Assembly: GCF_009914755.1 (NCBI RefSeq)
Contig: NC_060929.1
Length of the DNA stretch: 64,000 nucleotides
Direction: 5' to 3' (one strand)
Source: the human T2T-CHM13v2.0 reference genome, Homo sapiens
Numbering within the stretch: the first letter of the stretch is position 1; each line of letters opens with the position of its first letter. This document shows positions 1 through 13,355 of the stretch, piece by piece. Under the pieces are notes generated by a model. It was not told the origin of the DNA. It saw only the letters and a list, made by a program, of their open reading frames with translations, and made no database searches. Position numbers and translations under genes: made by a program.

Positions 1-76
1 CTCTAAGGGTGTTAAGATAAAATTAGTCTTGTTTTTATAATATACTTCAATTCCCTGAGTTTGGAAATCAGGCCTT

Positions 77-324
77 CTTTGGGATACTGAGGAGAGAGAA
101 GCACTTGAGGCCGAGAGTTTGAGACCAACCTGGGCTATATATGGAAACATTGTCTCTACAGAAAATGAAAATAAAATTAGCTGGGAATGATGGTGCACAC
201 CAGTAGTCCCAGCTACTTGGGGGGCTGAGGCAGGAGGATTGCTTGAGCTCAGGAGTTTGAGGTTGCAGTGAGCCACAATGGTGCCACCGCACACCAGCCT
301 GGGCAATAGAGTGAGACCCTGTCT
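77..324 (+). mobile_element. Old Alu (AluJ-type), 5'-truncated, no poly(A) tail
   Basis: Left-arm end, A-rich linker and right arm (GGAGGATTGCTTGAGCTCAGGAGTTTGAGGTTGCAGTGAGC...GAGTGAGACCCTGTCT); J-type GGAGGATTGC. Confidence 0.9.
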
Positions 325-1259
325 GCCGCCTGACGAAATAGATCAGGTTTTGTATATCTGCCCAGATCCCCTGTGCCTAGCACAGTGTGAAGGATGATAA
401 ACATATCTGTAGAACTAGAGACTCTTGAAGAGCATTTAGCACAAACTTTGTTTTGTGTAAGTGAGAAGTGGATCCATAGGAGAGCTTTGACTGACACCAA
501 GCCACTTGAACAATTAGTGAAAGATTCTGGACTAAACATTGTTCTGCCTACTCTCTGGTCAGAGCTTCTACTCTGTCTTTGTTTGATGTTTCCTAAGACA
601 AAAAAATTGTATTTCCTTCCCTTTATATACAGTGGTATAGTTTGTTTTTTTTTTCCTTCCTTTTCTCTAACTCATAAACTTGCTGGACTCAGTGCTCCTG
701 GGAGTGTTAAAGCAGAATGTGCTTATTTACTTTTATTTTTTGTACCATTTTCCTTCTTTTTTATGATCCTGGCTTCTGACTGTGTCATGGAAACATATAA
801 AAATTGGCATAAAAGTAGGAAAATGTGCCCCAGATGCTGCATTAACTGTGAAATAAGTTTAAATGCCTCCAAACAGGGTCTGGTCTCCTCTCCGTCAGCT
901 TCCATACAACTCATCCTGAAGTTTTCCTTTTATCTACAATATGAGGAACATAGTGGGAGATAAAGACCCTGCCAGCTTGCCAATGCCTTTACAACAAATC
1001 ATTGCATAGGCTTAGGCAGCCCCTCACATTTGTGGGCAGATGGGGAGCAGTAGAAAAAAGCGGGGCTGTAGTTCTGTCTCAGAAAACACTGGTGAAACCA
1101 TCTAGGTATGGATTTATCAAGTCCCTACTGGGGCCACAGCAACAGATTTTCAGACAGAAGTTCATACATACTAAGGTCATGCCTGATGCTTGTGTTCTCA
1201 AAGCTCTCTTTGGTCTAGTGAATTTGAAAAAGGACACACCATTATTACCACACTCCTTA

Positions 1260-1835
1260 ACCTCTCTCCCAGCTTCCCATCTTGCATTCATCCTCCATTC
1301 TCCTCACTGTTGTCAAGGGATCGTTCAAAAGCACAAGTCATGTAGTGCCACTGTGTTGTCTAAAACCCTCCCCTATCCTCTTACTACCCTTGATGATGTC
1401 TATGCTTTGAACCAGAGCCCTCGAGGCCATCCTCTTTACAGTCCCTGCTGTTCTCCAGCCCCCTATTTCTCTCATCCTGACCACACTTCTTGTACTTCCT
1501 CAGATGAGCTGTTCCCTTTCTTCTCTCCAGGTCTTCACATATGCTGTTCCTGTGCCTGGAACATCCCTTTCTCCTATGGCCACTCTCCCCCACTTTTAAG
1601 CCACATCCTAGACAGAACTCTTTCAAAGGCTGTGTGACAATGACATGGGCTTTCATTCCCTTCCCCTGGGTTCTGCCCCATGATCCCAGAGCACCTTGGC
1701 CTTCTTCTATCATAGCACTGCTTCTTTTTGTACTGTGACTGAGGCTTGTGTAAGGTAAACAATTTGTGAAGTGTGCCAAATTATGTCTTAATATGCATCT
1801 CTAGAACCTAGTATAGTGTTAGACATCTGAATAGG
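1260..1835 (+). mobile_element. Degraded L2 LINE 3' region
   Basis: L2-like pyrimidine-rich motifs (CACATATGCTGTTCCTGTGCCTGGAAC; CTCTAGAACCTAGTATAGTG); boundaries approximate. Confidence 0.55.
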
Positions 1836-1837
1836 TT

Positions 1838-2070
1838 AGAGGTTAAGACAGTAAACTCCCTGTGTTTAATTCTGGATTCCATCAATTATTAGCTGTGTAA
1901 ATTTGAGAAAGCCATTTAGACTCTCCAAGCCTCAGTTTCCTCGTTTGTGAAACAAGAACAATAACAGGACCCACTTCATTGAATTATGTTGAGAATTACA
2001 ATTAATTCACCTTAAGTTCTTAGTACAGTGCCTGTTCTGTATATTGTCTTCAAATGTTACCTGTTATTAA
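1838..2070 (+). mobile_element. MIR SINE, representative of many copies in the window (e.g. ~14540, 17830, 18860, 23290, 44800, 56140)
   Basis: MIR core CTCTCCAAGCCTCAGTTTCCTCGTTTGTGAAAC...AATAACAG. Confidence 0.8.
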
Positions 2071-3944
2071 GATGCTCATTGAACAAATATATCAAACAGA
2101 TGAAAAGCTAAGATATCTTCCCCAGATCTTCATGAACCTACTGTTTATCACTTTCCTTTTCTGGGTTTTAGTTTCTACATGAGGGATGTGAGAAGACTCA
2201 GAAAAATTATCTCTAAGGGGCCGTACAGTGACAAGTGAGAAGCTGTTCTAGGAAGAAGACACTGACAGTTCTGTTATTTGTCTCCCCAGAACCCTTTAAT
2301 ATAGGTAGATGATTGGACAAATGAGAAAAATAAAGCCCAGAGAGGGAAGGTGACTTGCCTAAGGTCTTGTAGACAAATGGAAAAGCCAAATCTAAAACTT
2401 GAGTTTAATTACCCAAGGTTAATTTATTTCTTATTGTTATGACATCAGACTTTATATTTTGAGCAGAAGAATCTCACTTAATTTTTGTCACATCATGTTA
2501 TATGTCAGTAAGATAAGAATTTTCTTAAGATCATAGACTTTTAGAGCTGAACTTTAAATTCATTCTAATTCTACAGATGTAGCGACTGAGGACTCAAAAG
2601 GTGGAGTGAATCCAAGGTCACCTGGTCATTGCTGTGTGCAGCCTCTCATGGGCCACAAACCCATAATGGGCCCTCCTTGGCTCATGGCCTTGGTTTTCCT
2701 AGAATCTAAATACTTCTTTATATGATACTTCCTTTAATTAAGGATCAATTAAGTATAACCCGCTAAGCAGATAAAATAATTTGAAGTGGGTCTTTTTGTA
2801 ATTGACAGTTGCTGCTATTAAGCATGAAATTAAAGAGGCCCATTACATGGATAAAGGGTAGCACTCAATGATATTTGTATTAAATATTCATTTTTTTTAA
2901 TTCTAGTCACGAATGTTTGAGTGCTAGGGCCCATTCCAGATGCTAGGGACACTGAAGTGGATAAACAGAAAAGTTCCTTATTTATAATAATTGCTTCAAG
3001 TCCATTTTTTGTTCATCATCTAGCCTTAAGGCTTAAACTGCACTGATTAATTTTAAATATGTGTACCCAAATGGTTCAGACAATGTCTTTAAAAGCTTGA
3101 AATTTGTGATGTCAAGTCACATATGCAGACGCTTAGTGGTTAATGGGTTGTCTGATTATACCATAGTACATGGCTAAGGTTAACAGTACAGTCCCATATG
3201 GGCACTTGGTTTTGTTCTGATCCAGGCCCATAGATGCCCTCGCTGGCCTTGGCCATTTACAGGATGTTCACCCCAAGAAAATGTTGATCAGCCTTTCTCA
3301 AAGATACACTTAGCACAATCCATCTCATGTAATCTTAACCATGGTAATGCTCCCTTTCAGTTTCACAGACTTTATTTATTCATGGTATTTTTGTCAATAT
3401 CTTCTTTGAAATCTGAGTTGAAAGGACAGATAGAGACTATTTCATGAACATGGGAATCTGTGTTCCAGAAATGGAGAAAGAATCCCAATGGTACAAAGTA
3501 AATGAGTTGAGTCAGGACCAGAAATGGGCTCCCCTGATTCCCTGTGATATCTTTGCTACCAATAGCACCTGCCATGTGAACCTGAGAAATGAGCAAGTGG
3601 AAAAGATATCTTTATTTTATAGATAATGACAATGAGGGCTGGGAAGGGAAGTGGCTTTGTCCAGCCACTGAAATGGGTTAGGCTTCCTAACCCTGGTGAT
3701 ACATTCCCATGGGTAAGAAGACCTGGGGATTATATACAAGCCCAGAAAATGGTGTCAGAAAGGCTTTGATCTTAATATAGTGTAGGTAAGTTTCAGATAC
3801 AGAGTATTGGTTTTTGGATCCATCCAAATCAGGTTTGATTCCTGGTTCTCCCACCTCCCAGCCTTCAATTATCTTACCTTGTAGTCTCTCTGTGTGGGAG
3901 GCACTAAGACTACATGGATGGGGAAGGCTTGCTGAGCCCACCCC

Positions 3945-4160
3945 CCAAGCTGCCCCCACCAAGGCTCCAGGCATGTGAATGAAACCTCTAGGACCTTCCA
4001 GGATAGCTCAGCTGCCAACTCAATACCAAAAGAATCACCCAGCCAAGCCCCCGCCCCCAAATTCCTGATCCTCAAAATTATAAAATATAGTAAAACGCTG
4101 TGATTTTTAAGCCAATAATCTTAGGGCTAGTTTGTTATGCTTTAGTAGATAACCAGGACA
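3945..4160 (+). mobile_element. MaLR LTR fragment (MLT1-type 3' end)
   Basis: Typical MLT1 terminus TTTTAAGCCAATAATCTTAGGGCTAGTTTGTTATGC...TAGATAACCAGGACA. Confidence 0.6.
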
Positions 4161-6084
4161 CCCTTCTGTTCTCAACACCTAGAACAAGTTTGAAATATAG
4201 TAGACACTCAGTAATTATTGTTTGAATGATGGCCATAGGAGAAGCCCGGAGAGAGAGAAGAATAATTCACATGTACTGAATGCCTGCCTACCCTGTGCCA
4301 GGCACTCAACTCTTTGCAACTGCTTTATAAGGGCTGCTTGGCTATTTCCTCAACTTGTACATGTTGAAATTCAGGCACAAAGTTATTAAATAATCTGGCC
4401 AAGGAAGTCACAGAGATAGGAATAGAAAAAACTCAGATTATATTTCTGTTATGGTCTTAACCACTATGCTTATGCTGTTCCTAGATAGCAAACCCCAACA
4501 GAGAGGGAAGCATTTGGGGAGCTCTTGTAGTTGGGTGGGGAACATGTATGTTATACCACAGTCATACAAGAAATAAAAAGTAAAACCCAAACTGCAGATA
4601 CATAGATATTGAGCCTAGCTTCAGCCAAGCTAACTGTACTCTTTTTTCTTAGAGTCCCTTGACCTTGACTCTTATGTCAGATTATGTAGCCTGTTTGAGG
4701 AAAGGACTTTGCAGTTAGGACTAGATTCAAATAATTTTGTCACATATTTCTTGTAGAATTTTGAATGTCATTTAGTGTCTGTAAGTCTCCGTTTGAGAAA
4801 TTAAAGTGAGGCTAATTTCTCAAACTGTATAGTGGATACCTTTCAGTGCTGGATCATCAGGTGGAAGACGATTAAGTGGGGTGATGATTGTGCTCTTATT
4901 GTCCCCCCAAAACCAGCTTCCGTCTCATCTCTCCCAGGAAATTTCACTGAGGAGCAGTGATGTCTTACTGTTCTAAACCCTTCTTTTAGCCATATTATTA
5001 CCTTACTGAATACTTACTGTGTACCCATTCTATGCCAGTTGCTAGAAATATGATGGTCCTTGTCCGCAGGGGGATTAGAGTTGAGAGCTTAAGAGTACAA
5101 GGTAGCTTATGCTCTTTTTTTCATTTGTATTTGCCTCCCCAGTCAATTTAATGAACTTACTGCAGGCAGATATCTCTTAAGTCTTGTCCTCTTCATTTCC
5201 AACACTGCCTCCCTGGTCCTTGTGGCCATCCTCTCTTATCTGTTTGACAATAGCCTCCTAATGGGTCTGTCTCATTGCATCTTCACTGACCAATTCATTC
5301 TCAGTGCTGCAGCCCAAGTGTTATTTTTGCAAGGCAAATTTGATGAATGATTTGCCCTATTTAAAATCCCCCACCTACCCAGTGACTCTAATTTGGTCTT
5401 TGGTTATAGAATAAAATCTGCAACTTAGTCCGAAGGGCCTCTGTGGTTTAGCCCTGATTGTCCCCTCCAGCCTCATTCCATATGACTCTTGATGGATCAT
5501 ACCCTTGTGGTAGTTGTGTTCCTCCTATGTTCCACGTCCCATCTTCCATGAGGTTGTGCTTACTAGAATAATATTTTTCCCTCTCTGACTAGGTCTTGTC
5601 AGAGCCTTACGAAAGCCCAATGGGGCTGACTTGATAACTTAGCCAAGGGTTAGTTCTTGGAAAAGATTGGTGCTCATTCTATCAGTGTTTTTAGAACCTT
5701 AAAATTTGAGAGCAAAAGAACTACATCTGCCACCTCTGCCAGGCTTTGTTTTATAAAGAAGTAAACTGAGGAGAGTTGAGAAGACATATGCCAAAGGTTA
5801 CAAAGTGAAAGGGTGGTAGAAGAACAAAAATGCCAAAGAAATTAATAAATTTTTCTCCCAGAGGGTGTAAAATACACCCAGCATTTCTAGGATATGTACG
5901 CTACTCTTGGCTGTAGTTTGAACATCACTGGAAAGTGTTGGATTTAAGCCTTGGGCACCAGTGTCTCAATTTGCAGTTCAGACACTGCCTAACAATTCAT
6001 TGCCACCACCTTTTCATTGGTGAACCCACTGAAAATATATCTCATTCACATAAAAAGAAAAATAATGTCAATGAATATCTATGG

Positions 6085-7310
6085 AGATGTTCAAGCTGAT
6101 TACTTAATAGGGAAATTAAAATAAAAGCAACATCCAGAGTACATTTTTCACATATCAAATTGGCAAATATTAAAAAGATGGATCATATCCAGCGCATTAT
6201 CTTTAGGATGTGGAGAAATAGTGTTTTTGTTTGTTTGTTTTTTATATAATTTAAGTTCTAGGATACATGTGCACAAGGTACAGGTTTGTTACACAGGTAT
6301 ACATGTGCCATATTGGTTTGCTGTGCCCATCAACTAGTCATTTACATTAGGTATTTCTCCTAATACTATCCCTTCCCCAGCACCCCACCCCCAAACAAGC
6401 CCCAGTGTGTGATGCTCCCTGCCCTGTGTCCAAGTGTTCTCATTGTTCAGTTCCCACCTATGAGTGAGAACATGTGGTGTTTGGTTTTCTGTTCCTGTGT
6501 TAGTTGAGAATGATGGTTTCCAGCTTCATCCATGTCCCTGCAAAGGACATGAATACATCCTTTTTATGGCTGCATAGTATTCCATGGTGTATATGTGCCA
6601 CATTTTCTTAATCCAGTCTATCATTGATGGACATTTGGGTTGGTTCCAAGTCATTGCTATTGTGAATAGTGCCACAGTAAACATACGTATTCATGTGTCT
6701 TTATAGTACCATGATTTATAATCTTTCGGGTATATACCCAGTAATGGGATCGCTGGGTCAAATGGTATTTCTAGTTCTAGATCCTTGAGGAATCGCCACA
6801 CTGTCTTCCGCAGTGGTTGAACTAATTTACCAACAGTGTAAAAGCATTCGAAGAAATAGTGTTTTCATATACTGTTAATGAGAATGTAAATCAGGAAAGC
6901 TTTTGGCAAAATTTATCACGTAAAACCCTTTGACCCAGCAATGCCACTTGTCAGGCTCTCTTCTCCTAAAGTACTCATGTAGGATTCAGAGTAGTTTATA
7001 AGATGATTCATTGCAGATTGCATGTAATTGTGAAAAATAAGAAGCAAATTGCAAATCCCTCATAGGGAACTAATTAAATTAGGGCACATCTACTTCATGG
7101 GTTGAATATAGCTAGTTTTAATGAGAACATCTATATGTACCAGAAAGTTTTAGGGGGAAATAGTAAGATATGTATCAAAAACCGTGAGATGGCATATATG
7201 AAAAGTAGAATTAATAAGGGATGGTGAAAGTGGATGTTTCATGTTTTATATATTTTTGTTGTTTAAAACTTTTACTAAACATGTCTTCTATAAATAAAAA
7301 ACTTAAAGCT
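6085..7310 (+). mobile_element. Ancient L1M (L1ME-like) 3' region interrupted by a younger L1PA
   Basis: Degenerate ORF2-end/3'UTR motifs (GATGTGGAGAAATAG, CCTTTGACCCAGCAATGCCACTT) continue across the 6228-6851 insertion. Confidence 0.6.
6228..6851 (-). mobile_element. 5'-truncated L1PA (about PA7/8) 3' end
   Basis: L1PA 3'UTR on the minus strand with T-rich tail; perfect 14-bp TSD AGAAATAGTGTTTT at 6214-6227 and 6852-6865. Confidence 0.93.
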
Positions 7311-7737
7311 TTATGGGGAAAAAATGAAGAGAATTTAAGAGGATCCCAATCTTCTTCCTAATTGACTTAGTTAAGTTCTGGCCTGAATAGAACATAGCAA
7401 CTGCTGGAAACTTAAGGAAAAGACTTGATTAGAAATTTAGTGCTTATAAAATACTGCCATGTACTGGGGAAACCTGCTGATTTCAGCAGTTAGGACACCA
7501 GGAGAATAGCTGATTGGCAGTTTGCAAGTAGCTTGTAGGGTGTAAGTTGGTAGAAATGCAAGCCACACAATGTATACAGACGTCCTGCTGGATCTTTCAA
7601 ACCTAGGGATGGCAGAATCATAGTCTGTAAATTCTATTCAAGTTAAGTCCAATTTTTCTATCTAAGTAACAGAGTTGCTTCTTCTGCACTCACTTGCCTA
7701 ATTCTCTCACATTCAGACTGTGTAACTGCAGACCACT

Positions 7738-8164
7738 TGCATTTGTTTTCTACTGCTGCTGTAACAAATTACTACAAACATAGCGGCTTAAAACATCACG
7801 AATGTATGACATTATAGTTCTGAAGGTCAGAAGTCTGAAATGGGTTTTATGGAGCTCAAATCAAAATGTCGGCAAAACTAAATTCCTTCTGGAGGCTCTA
7901 GGGGAGAATCTGTTCCTTGCCTTTTCCAGCTTCTAGAGGCTACCCACATTTCCTGGCTCAAGGCTGCATCACTCCAAATTCTGCTTATGCTATTACATCT
8001 CATCTTCTTGCTCTGACCCCCCTGCCTCCCTCAAACAATCCAGGATAATCTCTTCATCTCAATATATTTAACTTAATCACATCTGCAAAGTCCTTTTTGC
8101 CATCTAAGGTTTTGTATTCTCAGGTTCCAGAGATTAGGACATGGCCATTATTCTGCCATGCCAC
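7738..8164 (-). mobile_element. MaLR solo LTR (MLT1C/D-like)
   Basis: GCTGCTGTAACAAATTACTACAAAC...GGAGGCTCTAGGGGAGAATCTGTTCCTTGCCTTTTCCAGCTTCTAGAGGC. Confidence 0.85.
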
Positions 8165-9990
8165 CTATTCTGTTAGAAGACCCTCAGTGACTAGCAGGGT
8201 GACCCAAGATAAGGCATCTTTGTTTGCTCTCTCAGTAAATTTGAAATTAGGAACCTGTAGCTATCACTGCCTTCCTACACCACCCCATGAGAGAGGGATA
8301 ATTTGAGAGATGTCAGACTTGAAGGTCTTCCTGTCATTTTAGGAGAAGAGTGTATGCAAAATTACTGGTGATGGCATGAATTATACTACCAGTGATACTA
8401 TCAACTTTGATTTTTCTCTATTTCTAAGGCGGTATGAACTGCTTAGTTCTGCTGTCATAAGGGAAGGGACTATTGCTTTAGGCCCTGACCCAGTGTTTTC
8501 CCACACAGTCATCACTATGGATGCTCATTGTCTTGTTTTTTGTCCTATTGTCTAAGGCAAGGTTATATATGGAGTATTTTAGAAGGAATTAAATTCTCAG
8601 ATATTCACTAACATAAGAACATCCTCCCATAAAGTCAATCGATGATGCTGAGTTATCTCCGAAGTTGTCAATACAGTTTCAAATGTCCCAGAAAAGAGCG
8701 TGAATGGGACTCAGCAATACCATGGCACAAATATATAGTAATGGGGGAAAAAAGAAATAGAAATTACAAGGTGTGAACAAAAGGTACTGCTGCAAATATT
8801 AATGTAGTGGTGCTAATGTGCAGTATTTTTGCTGCATCCAACATGAACCTGTGATGCTATGTCCTGGATACCACAAATAACAACCCTTTACATACTCATG
8901 GTTTAAAAAAATATTATTATTCTATGTGATCTTTGTGCTAACCCTAAGATGCTGGCTGGGACTCATATCTTTAACATACAGAGCAGAGAAATGAGGCTCT
9001 GAATCACTGTCCAAGGTTTAATCTCCCTAAGAGGTGAATTATGACTTGAACTTGTGTTATCTACACTTCTATTTTCTTATCTTCAAAATAAAGATAAGAA
9101 ATGGGATTTTTTGAGAAATAAATATTAATATTTGTAAAGTGCTTAGAATACTTCTCAGAACATAAACTCTAAATAAATGATATATAAACTAAACACAAAC
9201 TTAGAGCTCCTTGGCATGTATCATCTTATAACTAGAAATTTCTTGAATAATAAAATCAACATCAAGGAGGTAGTGATTGTATGAATAATGGGTTAATAAT
9301 AATATATATGCAAACTTTACTCCATTTTAACACTATGACCCTTCACACCTCTGTAACTCTCAATTAAAATTAGATGTCTTTTCTGCTTCTTTTTTGTTCG
9401 GCTTTAGCAGTTACTTGTTTCTAGCCATTACTGTGCGATGATTTAATCAGTAACTGTACCTTCTGTTTGACTCTAAGCTGCAAGAAAGCAAAGTCTAGCG
9501 CTTACTTTTCACTGTTGTATTTAATAGCACCTAAATGCTACCTGGTAGATTCTCAAATATTTAAAAGAATGGACCAGAAACTGAATCAAATTAAGTTATC
9601 ATGTGCTGTGCTCCCATCTGCTATGTTTTCATTCCCTAATGAAATTGTGGCATAAAATTAACCTCAAATGTTGGGAAAATACTCCGATTTACAACTTTCT
9701 TTAATGTGTAACTTGAGTCATTGGATTAATTGCCAACTCATATTCGAGGTTATAAAATGCTTTCACAGTCATTTATCTCTTCTCTTGGAGCCTCACTGTA
9801 GTTCTTAGAGGTAACTATGGATGGTTTTGTCTCTCTTTTTAGAGATAATAGAACAGAAGCCCCAAGAAAGAAAATGTCTTTTCCAACATCATAAATCTAG
9901 TCCATGTCAGAAGTAAAACTAGGCAATATATCATTCACATCTTTTATAGTAGTAATAAAACTGTATTGATGATTAGTAGTCAGGATTAAG

Positions 9991-9993
<3 letters not shown>

Positions 9994-10029
<36 letters not shown>
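9994..10029. repeat. (TG)n microsatellite
   Basis: About 18 perfect units. Confidence 0.98.
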
Positions 10030-10031
<2 letters not shown>

Positions 10032-10858
10032 TCATTTAATGCACTCAATAGTTAATTAGATGGCATTATCACTATTTTACAGATAAAGAAAATGGGACTG
10101 CTGACTGGTTAAAATTTGTGCAACTAATCATTTCTAATTGTCGGAGCAGAAATGAAACCTCTGGAACCATGTCTGCATGGTTTCAGAGCCTGAGATTTAA
10201 GCCACCATACTGCACTTCTTTCCTTCTCAATGTGATTTTATTTCTACTACAAGATGCTGACTCCCCTGTGCCCTTTCTTGACACTTAATGAGTTTATTGC
10301 CTTATTCCCTAATGTACGAAGTCCTACTTGTTTTCACTTTTCCTATTTTTATTCTGTTCTGACCTCTGGGAATAACGTTTAGCAAAGCTGGGACAACCTA
10401 CCTTCCCTAGCTGACAGACAAAAGAGAAGATGCCTTTCAATTACCATCACTTAACTAGTGGAAGCTAGGCTCTTTGAAAAGAGTATAATGAGTTTTCACA
10501 GGACAAAGGAAATTATCCAAAACATAGCATGTTTCGACAGTGAAACCTGCTTCTGAATATTTTGCCCTTAGCAATTGTCAGTACATAGCATTTAATAATC
10601 CCCACAGTACACATGTTCAGTGGAGACCTCTTAGCGCTTGCTCATGGAAGAGTGTGACACTTTCAATTTTCACATCAGTGTAGGGCTTGGGGTTGAGAGT
10701 CATGGCAGGATACCACAGCATCAAAGAAGGTTGGAGCTGAAAAAGAACTTAGAACAGACCTAGAAGAAGACAATTTTCATATCACTGCTGCATCCTTCAC
10801 ACTTAACACAACATTTAACACAGAAAAGATACTCGATAAATATTTGAAATTTTTTGAA

Positions 10859-11084
10859 ATAGACTATAGTTAACAATAATCTATTGTATATTTAAAAATA
10901 GCTAGAAGAGAATAATTCAAATGTTTCTAGCATAAAGAAAAATATATTTGAGGTGATAAATATCCCAATTACCCTACTTTGATCTTCACACATTATATAA
11001 ATGTATCAAAATATCACACATACCCCCAAAATATGTATATTATATATCAATTAAATAGATAATTAAAAATTAAAAACTGAAAAA
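10859..11084 (+). mobile_element. L1MA 3' end fragment
   Basis: ATAGTTAACAATAATCTATTGTATATTTAAAAATAGCTAGAAGAG...; probable TSD GAAATT(T/G)TTGAA-like at 10846-10858 and 11085-11097. Confidence 0.8.
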
Positions 11085-11591
11085 GAAATTTGTTGAATTG
11101 ATAAATGAAGACCATTTTACAGATAGAGAAATAGAAGCTTGGACCAAAAATGTAATTTACCTAAAGTCACTCAGAAAATCAGAGGTAAAAGTCATGTTTT
11201 ATGACTTTCATTTTTGTCACTTACTGTTTTAGTCCATTAACTTAGTCATGCCTACAGAGGTGGGATACTTAATTAAATACAGGACAGAATATGGGAAGGA
11301 GTAAGATGTGGTTCCTGATCTCTACATCCACTGGGGGAAATGAGACAGGAGGGCAAGTATTTGGATAGAAAATAATTAGTGATTCATCCTAAAAAGCCTT
11401 CACACATACACATTTCAGGATGCATGTATAAGAGATTTGTTGAAAGCCCTTAATATACTGAAAAAGTATCAGAACATACGCCTATCAATAGGACAAATAG
11501 AAGGCAAACTGTAACACATCCATATCAGAGATCACTACTTGACCATTAAAATTTATGACACGATGTATAGAAACTGACATAGAAATCTCAG

Positions 11592-12946
11592 TACTGGCAC
11601 AAAAACAGTCACATAGACAAACGGAACAGAATAGAGAACCCAGAAATAAGTCTACACACTTACAACTATCTGATCTTCAGCAAATCTGACAAAAACAAGC
11701 AATGTGGAAAGAACTCCTTATTCAATTAATGATGCTGGGATAACTGAGTAGCCATATGCAGAAGATTGAAACTGGACCTTTTCCTTATACCATATACAAA
11801 AATTAACTCAAGATGGATTAAAGGCTTAAATGTAAAACCCAAAACTATAAAATCCCTGGGAAACAACCTAGGCAATACTATTCTGGACATAGGAAGGGGC
11901 AAAGATACTAAAAGCAATTGCAGCAAAAGCAAAAATTGACAACTGGGATCTAACTAAACAAAAGAGCTTCTGCACGGCAAAAGAACCAATCAACATAGTG
12001 AACAGACAATCTACAAAATGGGAAAAAATTTTTGCAGACTATGCAGATGACAAAAATCTAATATCTGGCTTCCACAAGGAATTTAAATTTGCAAGAAAAA
12101 AAACACCCCATAAAAGTGGGCAAAGAACATGAACAGACACTTTTCAAAAGAAGACATACATGCAGCCAAGAATCATATGAAAAAAAAGCTCAACATCACT
12201 GATAATTACAGAAGTGCAAATCAAAACCACAGTGAGACACCATCTCACACCAGATAGAATGGCTACTATGAAAAGTCAAAAAATAGCAGATGCTGGTGAG
12301 GCTGTGGAGAAAAAGGAACACTTATGGTGGGAGTGAAATTAGTTCAAACATTGTGGAAGATGCTGTGGCAATTCCTCAAAGACCTAAAAACAGAACTATC
12401 ATTTGACTCAGCAATCCCATTACTGAGTATATACCTGAAGAAATATAAATAATTATATCATAAAGATGCACGCACATGCATGTTTGTTGCAGCACTAGTC
12501 ACGATAGCAAAGGCATGGAATTAACCTAAATGCCCATCAGTGGTAGACTGGATAAAGAAAATACGGTACAGATACACCATGGAATACTATGCAGTCATAA
12601 ACAAGAATGAGATCATGTCCTTTGCAAGAACATGGATGGAGCTGGAGGCCATTATCCTTAGCAAACTAATATAAGAACAGAAAACCAAACACTGCATGTT
12701 CTCATTTATAAGTGGGAGCTAAATGATGAGACATATGGACACAGAGAGGTAAACAACACACACTGGGGCCTTTTGAAGGGTGGAGGGTGGGAGGAGGGAG
12801 AGGATTAGGAAAAATAACTAATGAGTACTAGGCTTAATACCTGGGTAACAAAATAATCTGTACAACAAACCTTCACAATACAAGTTTACCTATATAGCAA
12901 ACCTGCACATGTACCCCTGAACTTAAAAGTTAAATAATAATAAAGA
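11592..12946 (+). mobile_element. 5'-truncated L1PA (about PA13-16): ORF2 end plus 3'UTR
   Basis: ORF2 C-terminal sequence, G-rich 3'UTR tract, A-rich tail; probable TSD AGAAATCTCAGTAC (11581-11594) / AGAAAGATCAGTAC (12947-12960). Confidence 0.92.
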
Positions 12947-13042
12947 AGAAAGATCAGTACCAATAGTATGGAGTTGGAGGCAATAAGCAATCACAAGACA
13001 TGTACAAAGTGTGCTCCTATTTATGTACATCTGTTCCTAAGT

Positions 13043-13355
13043 CCGAGGTTGTAAATCTGTGGGCTGTATCTGGCTTACAAATGTCTTATATGGCCTAGTA
13101 GCACTTCTAAAAATTTAGAATTCATTGCTAATATCTTAAAGTCAGAAGCTTTTATGAAAAAGTCTGAATTTGGTGCTAGGCTTAAGAAACTGAAGCATCT
13201 TAAACAATGCTGGGGGCTCTGCATTCCCAGGAAGCAGCAATTCCTGGGAGCAAGGTTGTGGCGCCCCCTACAGACAGGGCATGTACTTCAAACACCCCTG
13301 CTTAGCATATTTATACTACTTCTTGGTCATTCTAGGTATTTGGGTTCTGTATCTC
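13043..13355 (+). mobile_element. MER102-like hAT-Charlie DNA transposon
   Basis: Collinear with recalled MER102 consensus (GGGCTGTATCTGGCTTACAAATGTC...CATTCCCAG...GCCCCCTACAGACAGGGCATG). Confidence 0.65.

Noticed and set aside
394-1779. 189-aa, 211-aa and 131-aa ORFs
   Set aside because: No recognisable domain, atypical composition, and partly inside L2 relics.
8783-8838. Possible miRNA-like hairpin
   Set aside because: Pairing is weak and interrupted; no recognisable mature sequence.
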